Source: a virus (taxonomy: Duplodnaviria > Caudoviricetes). Taken from it: a stretch of 31,283 nucleotides of DNA. Positions within the stretch are counted from its first letter, which is position 1. Each line of letters opens with the position of its first letter. Both the position numbers and the translations under genes were made by a program. Positions 18,348 to 25,610 of the stretch are shown in pieces. The notes below the pieces were generated by a model that was given only the letters and a program-made list of their open reading frames with translations, did no database searches and had not been told where the DNA came from. The stretch spans positions 1 to 31,283 of the IMG/VR virus record IMGVR_UViG_3300021959_006312; one strand, given 5' to 3'.

Positions 18348-18580
18348 AACTGTCCTTTCATAATCATTCCCGCTAAAAAGAGAATGAGTGCTCCGCCTCC
18401 AGCCCAAACGAGACGATGAAGGTGTAGTACCGAGACCTTTACTTCAGCCCACCTTTCTTTACTTTCTTCTTTCCCTTCTCGGAGTTCATTAAATATTGTT
18501 CTCCATCTTTCTTCACATACAGCTTCATGCTGCAAAAAAGCTATTTTTAAATCTTGCAACTCTTTATTCTGGTGCTCCAA
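18344..18580 (-). CDS. Small coiled-coil plus C-terminal transmembrane protein (XhlA-like architecture)
   Basis: HEAVCEERW coiled coil followed by hydrophobic LVWAGGGALILFLAGMIM. Confidence 0.6.
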   Translation of the reverse strand: MEHQNKELQDLKIAFLQHEAVCEERWRTIFNELREGKEESKERWAEVKVSVLHLHRLVWAGGGALILFLAGMIMKGQL

Positions 18581-18992
18581 GCAACTTCTCCATTAACTTA
18601 CCATAGTTTCCTTCGCCAAAAGGAGAATTGATTTGAACGTTCTGCTGTTTAATGTTCGTAGTATTCGAAGTTTTTCGATGATCTTCTGACACTTTATGAG
18701 CAAGAGCAATTATATCAACTAAATCTTTGCTAGAGTATTGATCGGAGTCACGGGCTTCTTGTATTTTATTTTCAATGACTTCGTCTAGTAATTCTGCAAG
18801 GCGGAAACGGTTACGATAACCTTGGTCGAGGTAGACCGAGTTAATATAATCTTTTACTTCTGATTTCTCAAGTATCTCGTAGACCTGGTCTGGAGTACAT
18901 CCTAAATGATTTGCAGCAACGACTGCATTGCCAGTGCTTAAATATGCGTTGGCTACTTCAAGATTTTCTGGTGCCATTTTTACGAGTTTCAT
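18564..18992 (-). CDS. terS: Terminase small subunit (T5-like)
   Basis: N-terminal HTH (MAPENLEVANAYL...), YLDQGYRNR, and C-terminal NVQIN...NYGKLMEKL. First gene of the packaging operon. Confidence 0.75.
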   Translation of the reverse strand: MKLVKMAPENLEVANAYLSTGNAVVAANHLGCTPDQVYEILEKSEVKDYINSVYLDQGYRNRFRLAELLDEVIENKIQEARDSDQYSSKDLVDIIALAHKVSEDHRKTSNTTNIKQQNVQINSPFGEGNYGKLMEKLLGAPE

Positions 18993-18998
18993 GAGTCA

Positions 18999-19027
18999 AT
19001 TGTATTCTAATACGAGCGAAAAGTCAA
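18999..19027 (-). promoter_or_regulatory. Sigma70 promoter giving a leaderless terS mRNA
   Basis: TTGACT-17-TACAAT. The ATG begins at the 7th nt after the -10. Confidence 0.75.
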
Positions 19028-19052
19028 GATTTATTTTTGAGGTGGGGGTAGG

Positions 19053-19075
19053 AAAAAGGGCCCGAAGGCCCTTTT
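19053..19075 (-). terminator. Intrinsic terminator (possibly bidirectional)
   Basis: AAAAGGGCC-TTCG-GGCCCTTTTT. Confidence 0.85.
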
Positions 19076-19077
19076 GT

Positions 19078-19650
19078 TTAGAAGTTGTAGAAAAGTCCTA
19101 CCGAATGCTCCGAAGCATCACGTCTATAATCAAAGGTATAACCGAGATTGAACTTATTAAAGGAGCGAGAAACTTTCACGCCTCCATGGTCATAGTCTTC
19201 TGCATGTCCAGCAAAAACTGAAACATCTACAAGATCGAATGAATGGCTTGCATTTATATTATAGTAGTTGTCTTTCGTATCCATATCCTGAAAAGCATAC
19301 GCTGAGAAAGGACCGGCCGCATAACCTACATAAACTTCACGACTCTCATCACCAAGTTCGAGATCATCGCCATAATAATCATACTGAAGAACGCCAACAT
19401 CAAAACCCTTCGCTTTTATGCCAAAAGCATAGTTTGCTTCTGTATGTACATCACGAGCGACGTCCACCTGGCTTGCCCAAAAAGAAACATAAAAATTTTC
19501 TGAGGAAGCAGTAATACCTACCTGCAACGCAGGGTCTTCACCCTGAGAGAGACCCCTAAAAACATATTGGGATGTTGCTCCTACAGAGCCGTTGATTTCA
19601 GCAAAAGCTGGTAAAGTAAAAAACGCAAGAAATGCGAGTAAGTATTTCAT
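19078..19650 (-). CDS. Outer-membrane beta-barrel, TorF / Gcw_chp (TIGR02001)-like putative porin
   Basis: Signal peptide ending AFA, family-like motif GSVGATSQYVFRGLSQ...PALQ, alternating aromatic strands, C-terminal YNF. Confidence 0.85.
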   Translation of the reverse strand: MKYLLAFLAFFTLPAFAEINGSVGATSQYVFRGLSQGEDPALQVGITASSENFYVSFWASQVDVARDVHTEANYAFGIKAKGFDVGVLQYDYYGDDLELGDESREVYVGYAAGPFSAYAFQDMDTKDNYYNINASHSFDLVDVSVFAGHAEDYDHGGVKVSRSFNKFNLGYTFDYRRDASEHSVGLFYNF

Positions 19651-19671
19651 AAAATGTCTCCATTTTTATTC

Positions 19672-19693
19672 TTGGGAAAATTCATTTTTTCTC
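19672..19693 (-). repeat. 22-bp leader element, copy 1
   Basis: GAGAAAAAATGAATTTTCCCAA, identical to 22231-22252. Confidence 0.9.
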
Positions 19694-19702
19694 CAGAATG
19701 AT

Positions 19703-19731
19703 ATTCTGGCACAGTTCAGCAAAAATGTCAA
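19703..19731 (-). promoter_or_regulatory. Sigma70 promoter of the porin gene
   Basis: TTGACA-17-CAGAAT (suboptimal -10) with an A-tract UP element. The -10 is overlapped by the palindrome CCAGAAT-ATC-ATTCTGG. Confidence 0.55.
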
Positions 19732-19756
19732 GAAATTTTTTTGGTTAGGGGGCAGT

Positions 19757-19778
19757 AAAAAGGGGCCGGAGCCCCTTT
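19757..19778 (-). terminator. Intrinsic terminator after the TonB-dependent transporter gene
   Basis: AAAGGGGC-TCCG-GCCCCTTTTT. Confidence 0.8.
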
Positions 19779-19782
19779 CTTC

Positions 19783-22188
19783 TTAGAAACGATAGGATAC
19801 TTTTGCCTGATAATGCCTTGGCAGCTCAGGTAGAACAACTGTGGTTCCAAAGAGGTCTGGGAAGTTTGCTCGAAAGTAACGCTCATCAGTAACATTCTTT
19901 GCAGCAACAATCAGAGACCAGTTATCAGCTTCGTAGCTCATGCTTAAGTTTACTAGGGTATAGGCGGGAAGGGTAACTGCGAAAGACTGACCAGACGCTA
20001 CAGCCTCTACATCAACTACGCTACCACTAACAGCAATACCATTACCGAAGTCGTAAGTACCAGTAACAGACATGATAGTTTCAGGCATACCAGCTCGAAC
20101 ACCTTCGCTCGGTCCGACAGGAATCAAACCACCAACTTGACCGCCCCACAACAAAGTAGGATCGATTAAAGGTAAATCTGCTTGTCCTAGGAATGAGAAT
20201 TCACTGCCTGCAGCGATCGTCGCCAACATCAGTGCTTCAACATTGCTATAGCCGAATGTCATAAGAAACTTCTCGTTTACGGCCCAACGCACTTCAACTT
20301 CTGTACCTTCTGTCTTTACCGCTTGGTTTACTGTAATAGACTGAGCATTAAAGTCAGTACGTTCCATTTCATAAGAAGATACCGCAAAGTATAAACGATC
20401 GTCTAGTAGACTACCCTTCACTCCATACTCCATTAACTCTGAAGATCCGAAGGCGTTACCCGTAAATACATTGCCAACCTGTAGCTCAGATCCCTGACCC
20501 GCAATCACAGTGTTTTGCTCTGACATTGTAACGTAAGGTACGAAACCTCCAATAGAGTAACTCAAGCTTCCTGACCAGGAAACTCCTGAAGGCTCAGCCG
20601 TTGCACTATTTACAGCAACATCAACACCACCTTCCGAAGAAGTAAAAGCTGAATCAGACTGTGTCTTACCCGCAGGTGTTGTAGACTCCATGTCGATAAC
20701 ATCATAACGTGCACCTAAAAGAAGAGATAGACCGCTCTCATGTGCGAAGTCAGCCATTACACCAAATCCAAGATTTGTGTACTCACCTACATAGTATTCG
20801 CTGTACTCTGAGTCAATTCGAGTTGCCAGTACTCGACGGTCAAGAGCAGTTGAAGGCCCTGTCAGATCACGTCGACTAAAATACTCATTGTAGTAGTCAT
20901 CTCCATGTGTAAACTCAGTTCGTCGAATCGAAGGAGATATTTGTATCGATGTAGTAAGAGAGTCACCATCAAAGACGCGTGAAAGAATCAATTGATCCTC
21001 AATCACAGAAGCGTCGTGAAACTGTGAAAATCCATAAGCATTCTCATTCAAGTTCTCGTATGACTCATAAAACAACTTATTCGTCAAATCCCAAGAGCCA
21101 AGTCCAACATCAATATCAAAGTAGAGAGTATTCACCTTGTTCTCCAGTAAGTCATCAGAAGCGATCAGCGTTGACGACATTGGAAGAATTGCAGTTCCTA
21201 CGTTCTCTAGAATCATATTTGAGTTCTCATAATCAAAACCGAAAGAGGCATCTGATAGAGTTGCCAAATCCATGTCTTTCTGTCCGAAGAAGGCATACAA
21301 AGCAAAAGGATTAATGTTTCCTGCATAGTACTCATCATGCGAAATAGCTCCATCGCCAGAAGTATCAAGAGGCGTTGGAGTTCCTGTAATGTAAGTACCG
21401 GTATCGATCAGATCTTGAGTTAAACGATTCCAGCCAGCGTTTTGGCTACCTTTGTAGTCGTGTACCATGCCACCAAACTGAATTCGAACATTGTCACTCA
21501 AGTCCATGTCAAAAGATGCTTGTACCAGAGATTGACTCACTCCGGGTGCATTTGTGTAAAAGCTATCAGAATTCTCTACTTCTCCATAGAGGTAGTAGCC
21601 GAGAGGTTTTCCACCGATTGCTGCGGGACCTCCAACTTCTGCAGTCAAAACATTTCGGCCCCAGCTGCCTCCTGAGTAAGACAGTTCTCCGACACGCTCC
21701 TCGATGTACGAACCAGTTTCTTCAATACGAGCAGATTTTGGATTAAAGTTGAGATAACCACCAATCTTTGAAGGCCCCATGATGGGAGACGCAGGGCCTC
21801 GAACGATATCTACTCGATCAGAGGCTCCAATCGGAGTAGGGTAGTTACCGGGGTTATCAAGACGACGAATGCCGCGAAAGTAAGTCTCACCAGCAGTACC
21901 ACGAACATCTAAGGAACCTGCAACACCGAAAAATGATTGAGTGAAAGTACCTGGAGCAAGAGCTACGAGTTCATCGATATCTTGCATATTAAAACGATCC
22001 ATCATCTCTTCACTGATGGTTGATGCGGAACGGGGTGTATCTATAATTGATTTTTCAAATCCGAAGACGCTTTCAACACGTTCGCCGGGTAAACTGCCTA
22101 GGTCGCCTTTTACAACGACTTCTTCCATTGCGAATGCACTAGAAGCGACACTCATAAGAAAGACAGTTTGACATGTCTTTTTAAACAT
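19783..22188 (-). CDS. TonB-dependent outer-membrane transporter, full length
   Basis: 801 aa. Signal peptide, TonB box EEVVVKG, plug motifs (DTPRSASTIS; LDVRG; DRVDIVRGPASPIMG...IGGYLNF), barrel end AKNVTDERYF...PRHYQAKVSYRF. Confidence 0.95.
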   Translation of the reverse strand: MFKKTCQTVFLMSVASSAFAMEEVVVKGDLGSLPGERVESVFGFEKSIIDTPRSASTISEEMMDRFNMQDIDELVALAPGTFTQSFFGVAGSLDVRGTAGETYFRGIRRLDNPGNYPTPIGASDRVDIVRGPASPIMGPSKIGGYLNFNPKSARIEETGSYIEERVGELSYSGGSWGRNVLTAEVGGPAAIGGKPLGYYLYGEVENSDSFYTNAPGVSQSLVQASFDMDLSDNVRIQFGGMVHDYKGSQNAGWNRLTQDLIDTGTYITGTPTPLDTSGDGAISHDEYYAGNINPFALYAFFGQKDMDLATLSDASFGFDYENSNMILENVGTAILPMSSTLIASDDLLENKVNTLYFDIDVGLGSWDLTNKLFYESYENLNENAYGFSQFHDASVIEDQLILSRVFDGDSLTTSIQISPSIRRTEFTHGDDYYNEYFSRRDLTGPSTALDRRVLATRIDSEYSEYYVGEYTNLGFGVMADFAHESGLSLLLGARYDVIDMESTTPAGKTQSDSAFTSSEGGVDVAVNSATAEPSGVSWSGSLSYSIGGFVPYVTMSEQNTVIAGQGSELQVGNVFTGNAFGSSELMEYGVKGSLLDDRLYFAVSSYEMERTDFNAQSITVNQAVKTEGTEVEVRWAVNEKFLMTFGYSNVEALMLATIAAGSEFSFLGQADLPLIDPTLLWGGQVGGLIPVGPSEGVRAGMPETIMSVTGTYDFGNGIAVSGSVVDVEAVASGQSFAVTLPAYTLVNLSMSYEADNWSLIVAAKNVTDERYFRANFPDLFGTTVVLPELPRHYQAKVSYRF

Positions 22189-22230
22189 AATAACTCCTTT
22201 AGTTTTCTTCGATCTTTCGATCGGTGGGTT

Positions 22231-22252
22231 TTGGGAAAATTCATTTTTTCTC
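22231..22252 (-). repeat. 22-bp leader element, copy 2
   Basis: Identical to 19672-19693 and at the same offset from its promoter. Confidence 0.9.
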
Positions 22253-22262
22253 AGGAATGCTT

Positions 22263-22291
22263 ATTATAGTTTAAAAAAATTGAAATGTCAA
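22263..22291 (-). promoter_or_regulatory. Sigma70 promoter of the TonB-dependent transporter
   Basis: Perfect TTGACA-17-TATAAT. Confidence 0.85.
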
Positions 22292-22300
22292 GAATTTTAT

Positions 22301-22579
22301 TTAGAAGGTCACCCTGACTTCAGTTTCAAGGGTAGTCTTCTTAAAGTCCTCAGTACTTTCAACTTTTCCCTTAAAAGTAAAGTTTGAGGCTTTTATTTTA
22401 TATCCTACTTCGGCCGAATCTTTTCCTACCTCTCCGTAAAGCTTGGGGGTCTTGTAGCCGATTCGAACATAATTATCCTTGCTTTGTTGAACTCGCAAGT
22501 CGTACTTGTTTTTGTACTCAATATAGGGTGCAGCGTGAGCGGTTGATGTGAATGCGATCATAAAAATAAAAAATTTCAT
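22301..22579 (-). CDS. Small secreted beta-stranded outer-membrane protein
   Basis: Signal peptide (..TAHA/APYIEY), amphipathic beta strands, C-terminal VRVTF (Bam-type terminal Phe), GAGGAG RBS. Confidence 0.7.
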   Translation of the reverse strand: MKFFIFMIAFTSTAHAAPYIEYKNKYDLRVQQSKDNYVRIGYKTPKLYGEVGKDSAEVGYKIKASNFTFKGKVESTEDFKKTTLETEVRVTF

Positions 22580-22599
22580 AGTATTTCTCCTCTGTGAAT

Positions 22600-22655
22600 A
22601 TTATATCATAGTTTTGTTAAGATTTGATAAAGATTGTGTTAATTTTCGGTTAATT
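22600..22655 (-). promoter_or_regulatory. Pho-box-like activator array plus extended -10
   Basis: AATTAAC-CGAA-AATTAAC-ACAA-TCTTTAT-CAAA-TCTTAAC, then 10 nt, then TATAAT. Four half-sites at 11-bp period replace the -35. Confidence 0.6.
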
Positions 22656-22717
22656 TTAGCACCTTTTTGCTTGCAAAAATACCCCAAGTTGCGCAAAAAG
22701 AGGGGTCTCGCCGAGCC

Positions 22718-22766
22718 AAATGAGAATGAGTCTCATTACCGCCCCCTAATGCGAATCATTCGCATT
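22718..22766. promoter_or_regulatory. Two Fur-box-like palindromes
   Basis: AATGAGAATGAGTCTCATT (22719-22737) and perfect 9-1-9 AATGCGAATCATTCGCATT (22748-22766). Confidence 0.5.
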
Positions 22767-22874
22767 CGCATTCGCTATATTTTCGCCCCTTTATTTTTTT
22801 GTTAGCATCTGACGACCAAATAAGGGGGCGCACATTTGGTTATAAGAACGGGCTTCCTTATGCCAAATCGGTAT

Positions 22875-22902
22875 TAGACAAAACTCGAAACTGTGGTAAA
22901 AT
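22875..22902 (+). promoter_or_regulatory. Pre-early-type promoter
   Basis: TAGACA-16-TAAAAT with TG extension. Shares the upstream CCAAATCGGTATT with the promoter at 23126. Confidence 0.6.
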
Positions 22903-22931
22903 CCTACACATACCAACAAGGATATACCGAC

Positions 22932-23093
22932 ATGAAAATTTTTACACTCTTATCTCTGCTTACTCTCTTAATCGTTGCCTGTGGCGTTGGCATCTGGTCG
23001 GCCGCTATTGGTGACTTGTTAGGTGTTGTAATCGCAACCGTAACATTTTTACCGACTGCTGTAGCGGCATTGGCACTATCTCACGAGATATAA
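22932..23093 (+). CDS. Small two-helix membrane protein
   Basis: 53 aa, almost wholly hydrophobic, AAGGA RBS. Confidence 0.6.
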   Translation: MKIFTLLSLLTLLIVACGVGIWSAAIGDLLGVVIATVTFLPTAVAALALSHEI

Positions 23094-23125
23094 CCAAATG
23101 CTATTAGCTTATTCCAAATCGGTAT

Positions 23126-23153
23126 TTGACAAATTTAAAAAACGTGGTATAAT
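23126..23153 (+). promoter_or_regulatory. Strong sigma70 promoter
   Basis: TTGACA-16-TATAAT with extended TG. Confidence 0.8.
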
Positions 23154-23196
23154 ACCACCCATGCAATCAAGCATAACACTAAAAAGGAAAGACACT

Positions 23197-23502
23197 ATGT
23201 CCAACTATACTCCCACCATGATCGCTGAAATGCAATCTGTTGAATCATTCACTTACGAGAGCGCGTCTGCGTTTGCGGAAGCTCACAGCTTGAGCGTTCG
23301 ATCTGTTATCTCAAAGGTTAAACACCTCGGGCTTGACTACACCCCGAAACCCAAAACGGTTTCCTCTGCCGGCCCTCGCGTATCAAAGGCCGATATTGTT
23401 GACGCTATCGTGATAGCGCTTGACGCCGACCCCGAAGCTCTCGCGGGTCTCTCGAAGTCTGACGCTCGGGCATTATCCGCGCTTCTAATGGCGATTCGAT
23501 AA
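23197..23502 (+). CDS. T5 A2/D3-family DNA-binding protein, copy 1
   Basis: 101 aa from MSNYT, AAGGA RBS. Pattern SVRSVISK..LGL.Y.PK...KADIV..I...LAGLSK recalls T5 A2/D3. Confidence 0.65.
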   Translation: MSNYTPTMIAEMQSVESFTYESASAFAEAHSLSVRSVISKVKHLGLDYTPKPKTVSSAGPRVSKADIVDAIVIALDADPEALAGLSKSDARALSALLMAIR

Positions 23503-23708
23503 TGAATCGCCTTGTTTCGGTCTCCTCTTGGATTGGAACCGCGCTTATGGGTGCGGCTCCTTTCCTCATCACTACGGCCCTCGGTCAAGTGATGGCGATG
23601 CTCGGCCTTGCATTATTGAGCTTGCAAGCATACGACACAAAATGTTATAATTTGCTCATATTAAACACTATAGGAATTATCGGTTATGCTTCCAATCTTT
23701 TTATTTGA
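23502..23708 (+). CDS. Small membrane protein
   Basis: 68 aa, three hydrophobic stretches, coupled by TAATG. Confidence 0.65.
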   Translation: MNRLVSVSSWIGTALMGAAPFLITTALGQVMAMLGLALLSLQAYDTKCYNLLILNTIGIIGYASNLFI

Positions 23709-24156
23709 TCTTGACGAAACTGTCATTGACTCGGCTCATCGACAAGGTGAAACGCTAGACGACTGGCGTAGAATGAACACGCCCGACAATGTAGCGAAAG
23801 ATTCAATGTTGCCGCTTGCGGATACTATGGTGCAAGCTATAGCGGAAGGCCTCGACGTTGGTATCTGCACCTCGCGGGTAATGGGTGAGGCCGACACTAC
23901 ATGGCTTGACGTTCGCAACATGCGCCCACGTTTTACGCTCTCGCGTTCTGCGGATGACATGAGAGACGCGGGTATATTCAAGCTATCTAAAATGCACGAT
24001 CTCGCAATTCTGCGCGGCGTGTCCTTTGAGGAAATTCGTCGGCGTGTGATCCTGTGGGATGACAATGCCGATGTGCAAAAAACTTTAAAAAATGCTGGAT
24101 TTCGTGTGATTGATCCTGTACTATATAATCTCAATCGAATGGCTGAGGAGGCCTAA
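23686..24156 (+). CDS. HAD-superfamily phosphatase (PNKP 3'-phosphatase / nucleotidase-like)
   Basis: Motif I FDLDET, motif II CTSR, conserved Lys (IFK), motif IV ILWDDN. Confidence 0.85.
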   Translation: MLPIFLFDLDETVIDSAHRQGETLDDWRRMNTPDNVAKDSMLPLADTMVQAIAEGLDVGICTSRVMGEADTTWLDVRNMRPRFTLSRSADDMRDAGIFKLSKMHDLAILRGVSFEEIRRRVILWDDNADVQKTLKNAGFRVIDPVLYNLNRMAEEA

Positions 24157-24159
24157 ACA

Positions 24160-24810
24160 ATGAAACATTATTATCTGATCGTAGACACTGAAACAACAAA
24201 ACGCGGTACTGTTGCCGATTTTGGTGCGGTATTAATTACCAGACAGGGTGAAATTGTCGAACGTTTCGGCGCAATGGTCTTGAATCATTTCGGCTCGCTT
24301 TCCCTGTTCTCTGATCCTACCGCTCCCGATTCTGCGCTATGGTCTGAACAATCCGCAAAGCGACGAGAGAAGAACTATTATTCTATGCTTGATTCTGGCG
24401 AGCGTTCGATTTCAAGCGTTGGTTTAATCAATCAATGGCTTTCGGGTATCAATGCGCGATATACGCCTGTATTAACTGCCTATAATCTGGCGTTCGATCT
24501 GGGCAAATGTCGAAATACTCGAATCGATTTAGGTGTTTTCGCTCAATCGTTCTGCTTGATGAAAGCCGCCAAGCGTGAGATTGGCACACTTGCGGACTAT
24601 CATGACTTCTGCAACGCTAACGGTTTTTTGACTGCTAAAAGACGCGACCCGTCAATGACTGCTGACACAATGGCTAAATTTATTTTGGGCGCTGATTTAG
24701 AAGACGAGCCGCATACGGCGCTCGAGGATGCACAATTCTATGAGGCCCCTATTCTGCATTACCTGTTGGCCGATATGACTAGAAAGCAAATTCTGGAGGC
24801 AGGAAAATGA
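24160..24810 (+). CDS. DEDDh 3'-5' exonuclease
   Basis: ExoI VDTETT, ExoII AYNLAFD, ExoIII HTALEDA. GAGGAGG RBS. Confidence 0.9.
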   Translation: MKHYYLIVDTETTKRGTVADFGAVLITRQGEIVERFGAMVLNHFGSLSLFSDPTAPDSALWSEQSAKRREKNYYSMLDSGERSISSVGLINQWLSGINARYTPVLTAYNLAFDLGKCRNTRIDLGVFAQSFCLMKAAKREIGTLADYHDFCNANGFLTAKRRDPSMTADTMAKFILGADLEDEPHTALEDAQFYEAPILHYLLADMTRKQILEAGK

Positions 24811-24920
24811 AAACAAAAATACTCGCGGCGCTTTTCAAGGCCTATATCGTTTATTCAATCTGTGCCGACCTAATTTTGGTCGGCGGTATCATCTATCTAA
24901 TTGCGAGGGGCTTATCATGA
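24807..24920 (+). CDS. 37-aa membrane peptide
   Basis: MKTKILAALFKAYIVYSICADLILVGGIIYLIARGLS, with ATGA overlaps at both ends and a GGAGG RBS. Too short for the ORF track. Confidence 0.6.
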   Translation: MKTKILAALFKAYIVYSICADLILVGGIIYLIARGLS

Positions 24921-25537
24921 GCATAAAAAAAGAGCAAGCGAAACTTAATCACAATCTGGAAGGTTTAGCGCATAAAGGAATTTGCGTTGTACTTGAGGGG
25001 CGCGACACTGCCGGAAAATCTAGCACGATCCGCGAGGTGACACACTACCTTAATCCGAAGCATTACTCTGTGCATTTAAGCCAGAAGCCAAGCAAATCAA
25101 CAATGAAAAAATGGCTTTCGTACTGGTCGCGTAGAATGCCCACAAAAAACCAAATTGTGTTCTATGATCGATCATGGTATTCACGCGCTATGGTTCAACG
25201 TCTGAATAATTGGTGCTCTGAAAAGCAATTCACTAATTTTCTTCAAGATCACAAAGATTGGGAAAAATCCAGAAACGTGCATATAATTAAATTCTGGCTT
25301 TCGATTGATGAAAACGAACAGCGCGCGCGTATTGAAAAACGCAAAAAATCACCATTGACCTATTGGAAATTTTCCGCTAATGATGAAAATGCGCTTTCGT
25401 ATTATGACCGCATGACATTATTAAAAGAAAATGTTATCGATTCGGATTGGCATGTGATCGACTACAACAACAAAGAAGAGGGGATATTTTCTCTGCTGTC
25501 AACCCTTAATTCTACACTTGAAAATCTGGAATGCTAA
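24917..25537 (+). CDS. ppk2: Polyphosphate kinase 2 family protein
   Basis: P-loop LEGRDTAGKSSTI, YLNPK, Walker B FYDRSWYSR, IIKFWLSI..EQRARI..RKKSPLTYWKFS..D. Single domain, compact at 206 aa. Confidence 0.92.
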   Translation: MSIKKEQAKLNHNLEGLAHKGICVVLEGRDTAGKSSTIREVTHYLNPKHYSVHLSQKPSKSTMKKWLSYWSRRMPTKNQIVFYDRSWYSRAMVQRLNNWCSEKQFTNFLQDHKDWEKSRNVHIIKFWLSIDENEQRARIEKRKKSPLTYWKFSANDENALSYYDRMTLLKENVIDSDWHVIDYNNKEEGIFSLLSTLNSTLENLEC

Positions 25538-25581
25538 CCGACCAACTGAGGGGCGCCCCTAACCGACCAACTGAGGGGCGC
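25534..25581 (+). repeat. Tandem 23-bp direct repeat (period 25)
   Basis: CTAACCGACCAACTGAGGGGCGC at 25534-25556 and 25559-25581. Confidence 0.9.
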
Positions 25582-25585
25582 GGCC

Positions 25586-25606
25586 AAATGAGAACCATTC
25601 TCATTT
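25586..25606. promoter_or_regulatory. Fur-box-like palindrome
   Basis: AAATGAGAA-CCA-TTCTCATTT. Confidence 0.5.
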
Positions 25607-25610
25607 AGGT

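Noticed and set aside
68-22171. Many + strand ORFs of 60-150 aa across the late region
   Set aside because: They are antisense shadows of long - strand genes, lack RBSs and have Ser/Leu/Phe-rich composition typical of reverse frames.
22189-22260. Cobalamin or TPP riboswitch ahead of the TonB-dependent transporter
   Set aside because: The leader is only about 70 nt with one small CGATC-GAAA-GATCG hairpin, too short and lacking the conserved riboswitch cores.
19078-22579. Host chromosome flank of a prophage, or contamination
   Set aside because: Phage genes continue on both sides in T5 order, the promoters share the phage A-tract-CTTGAC style, and no integrase or att site is visible. Chimerism cannot be fully excluded without reads.
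22548-23014. + strand ORFs 22548-22805 and 22799-23014
   Set aside because: They cross the regulatory palindromes and promoters, have no RBS and look like chance open frames.
25534-25581. Possible mini-CRISPR array
   Set aside because: Only two 23-bp units separated by 2 nt, with no spacer-length sequence and no cas gene.
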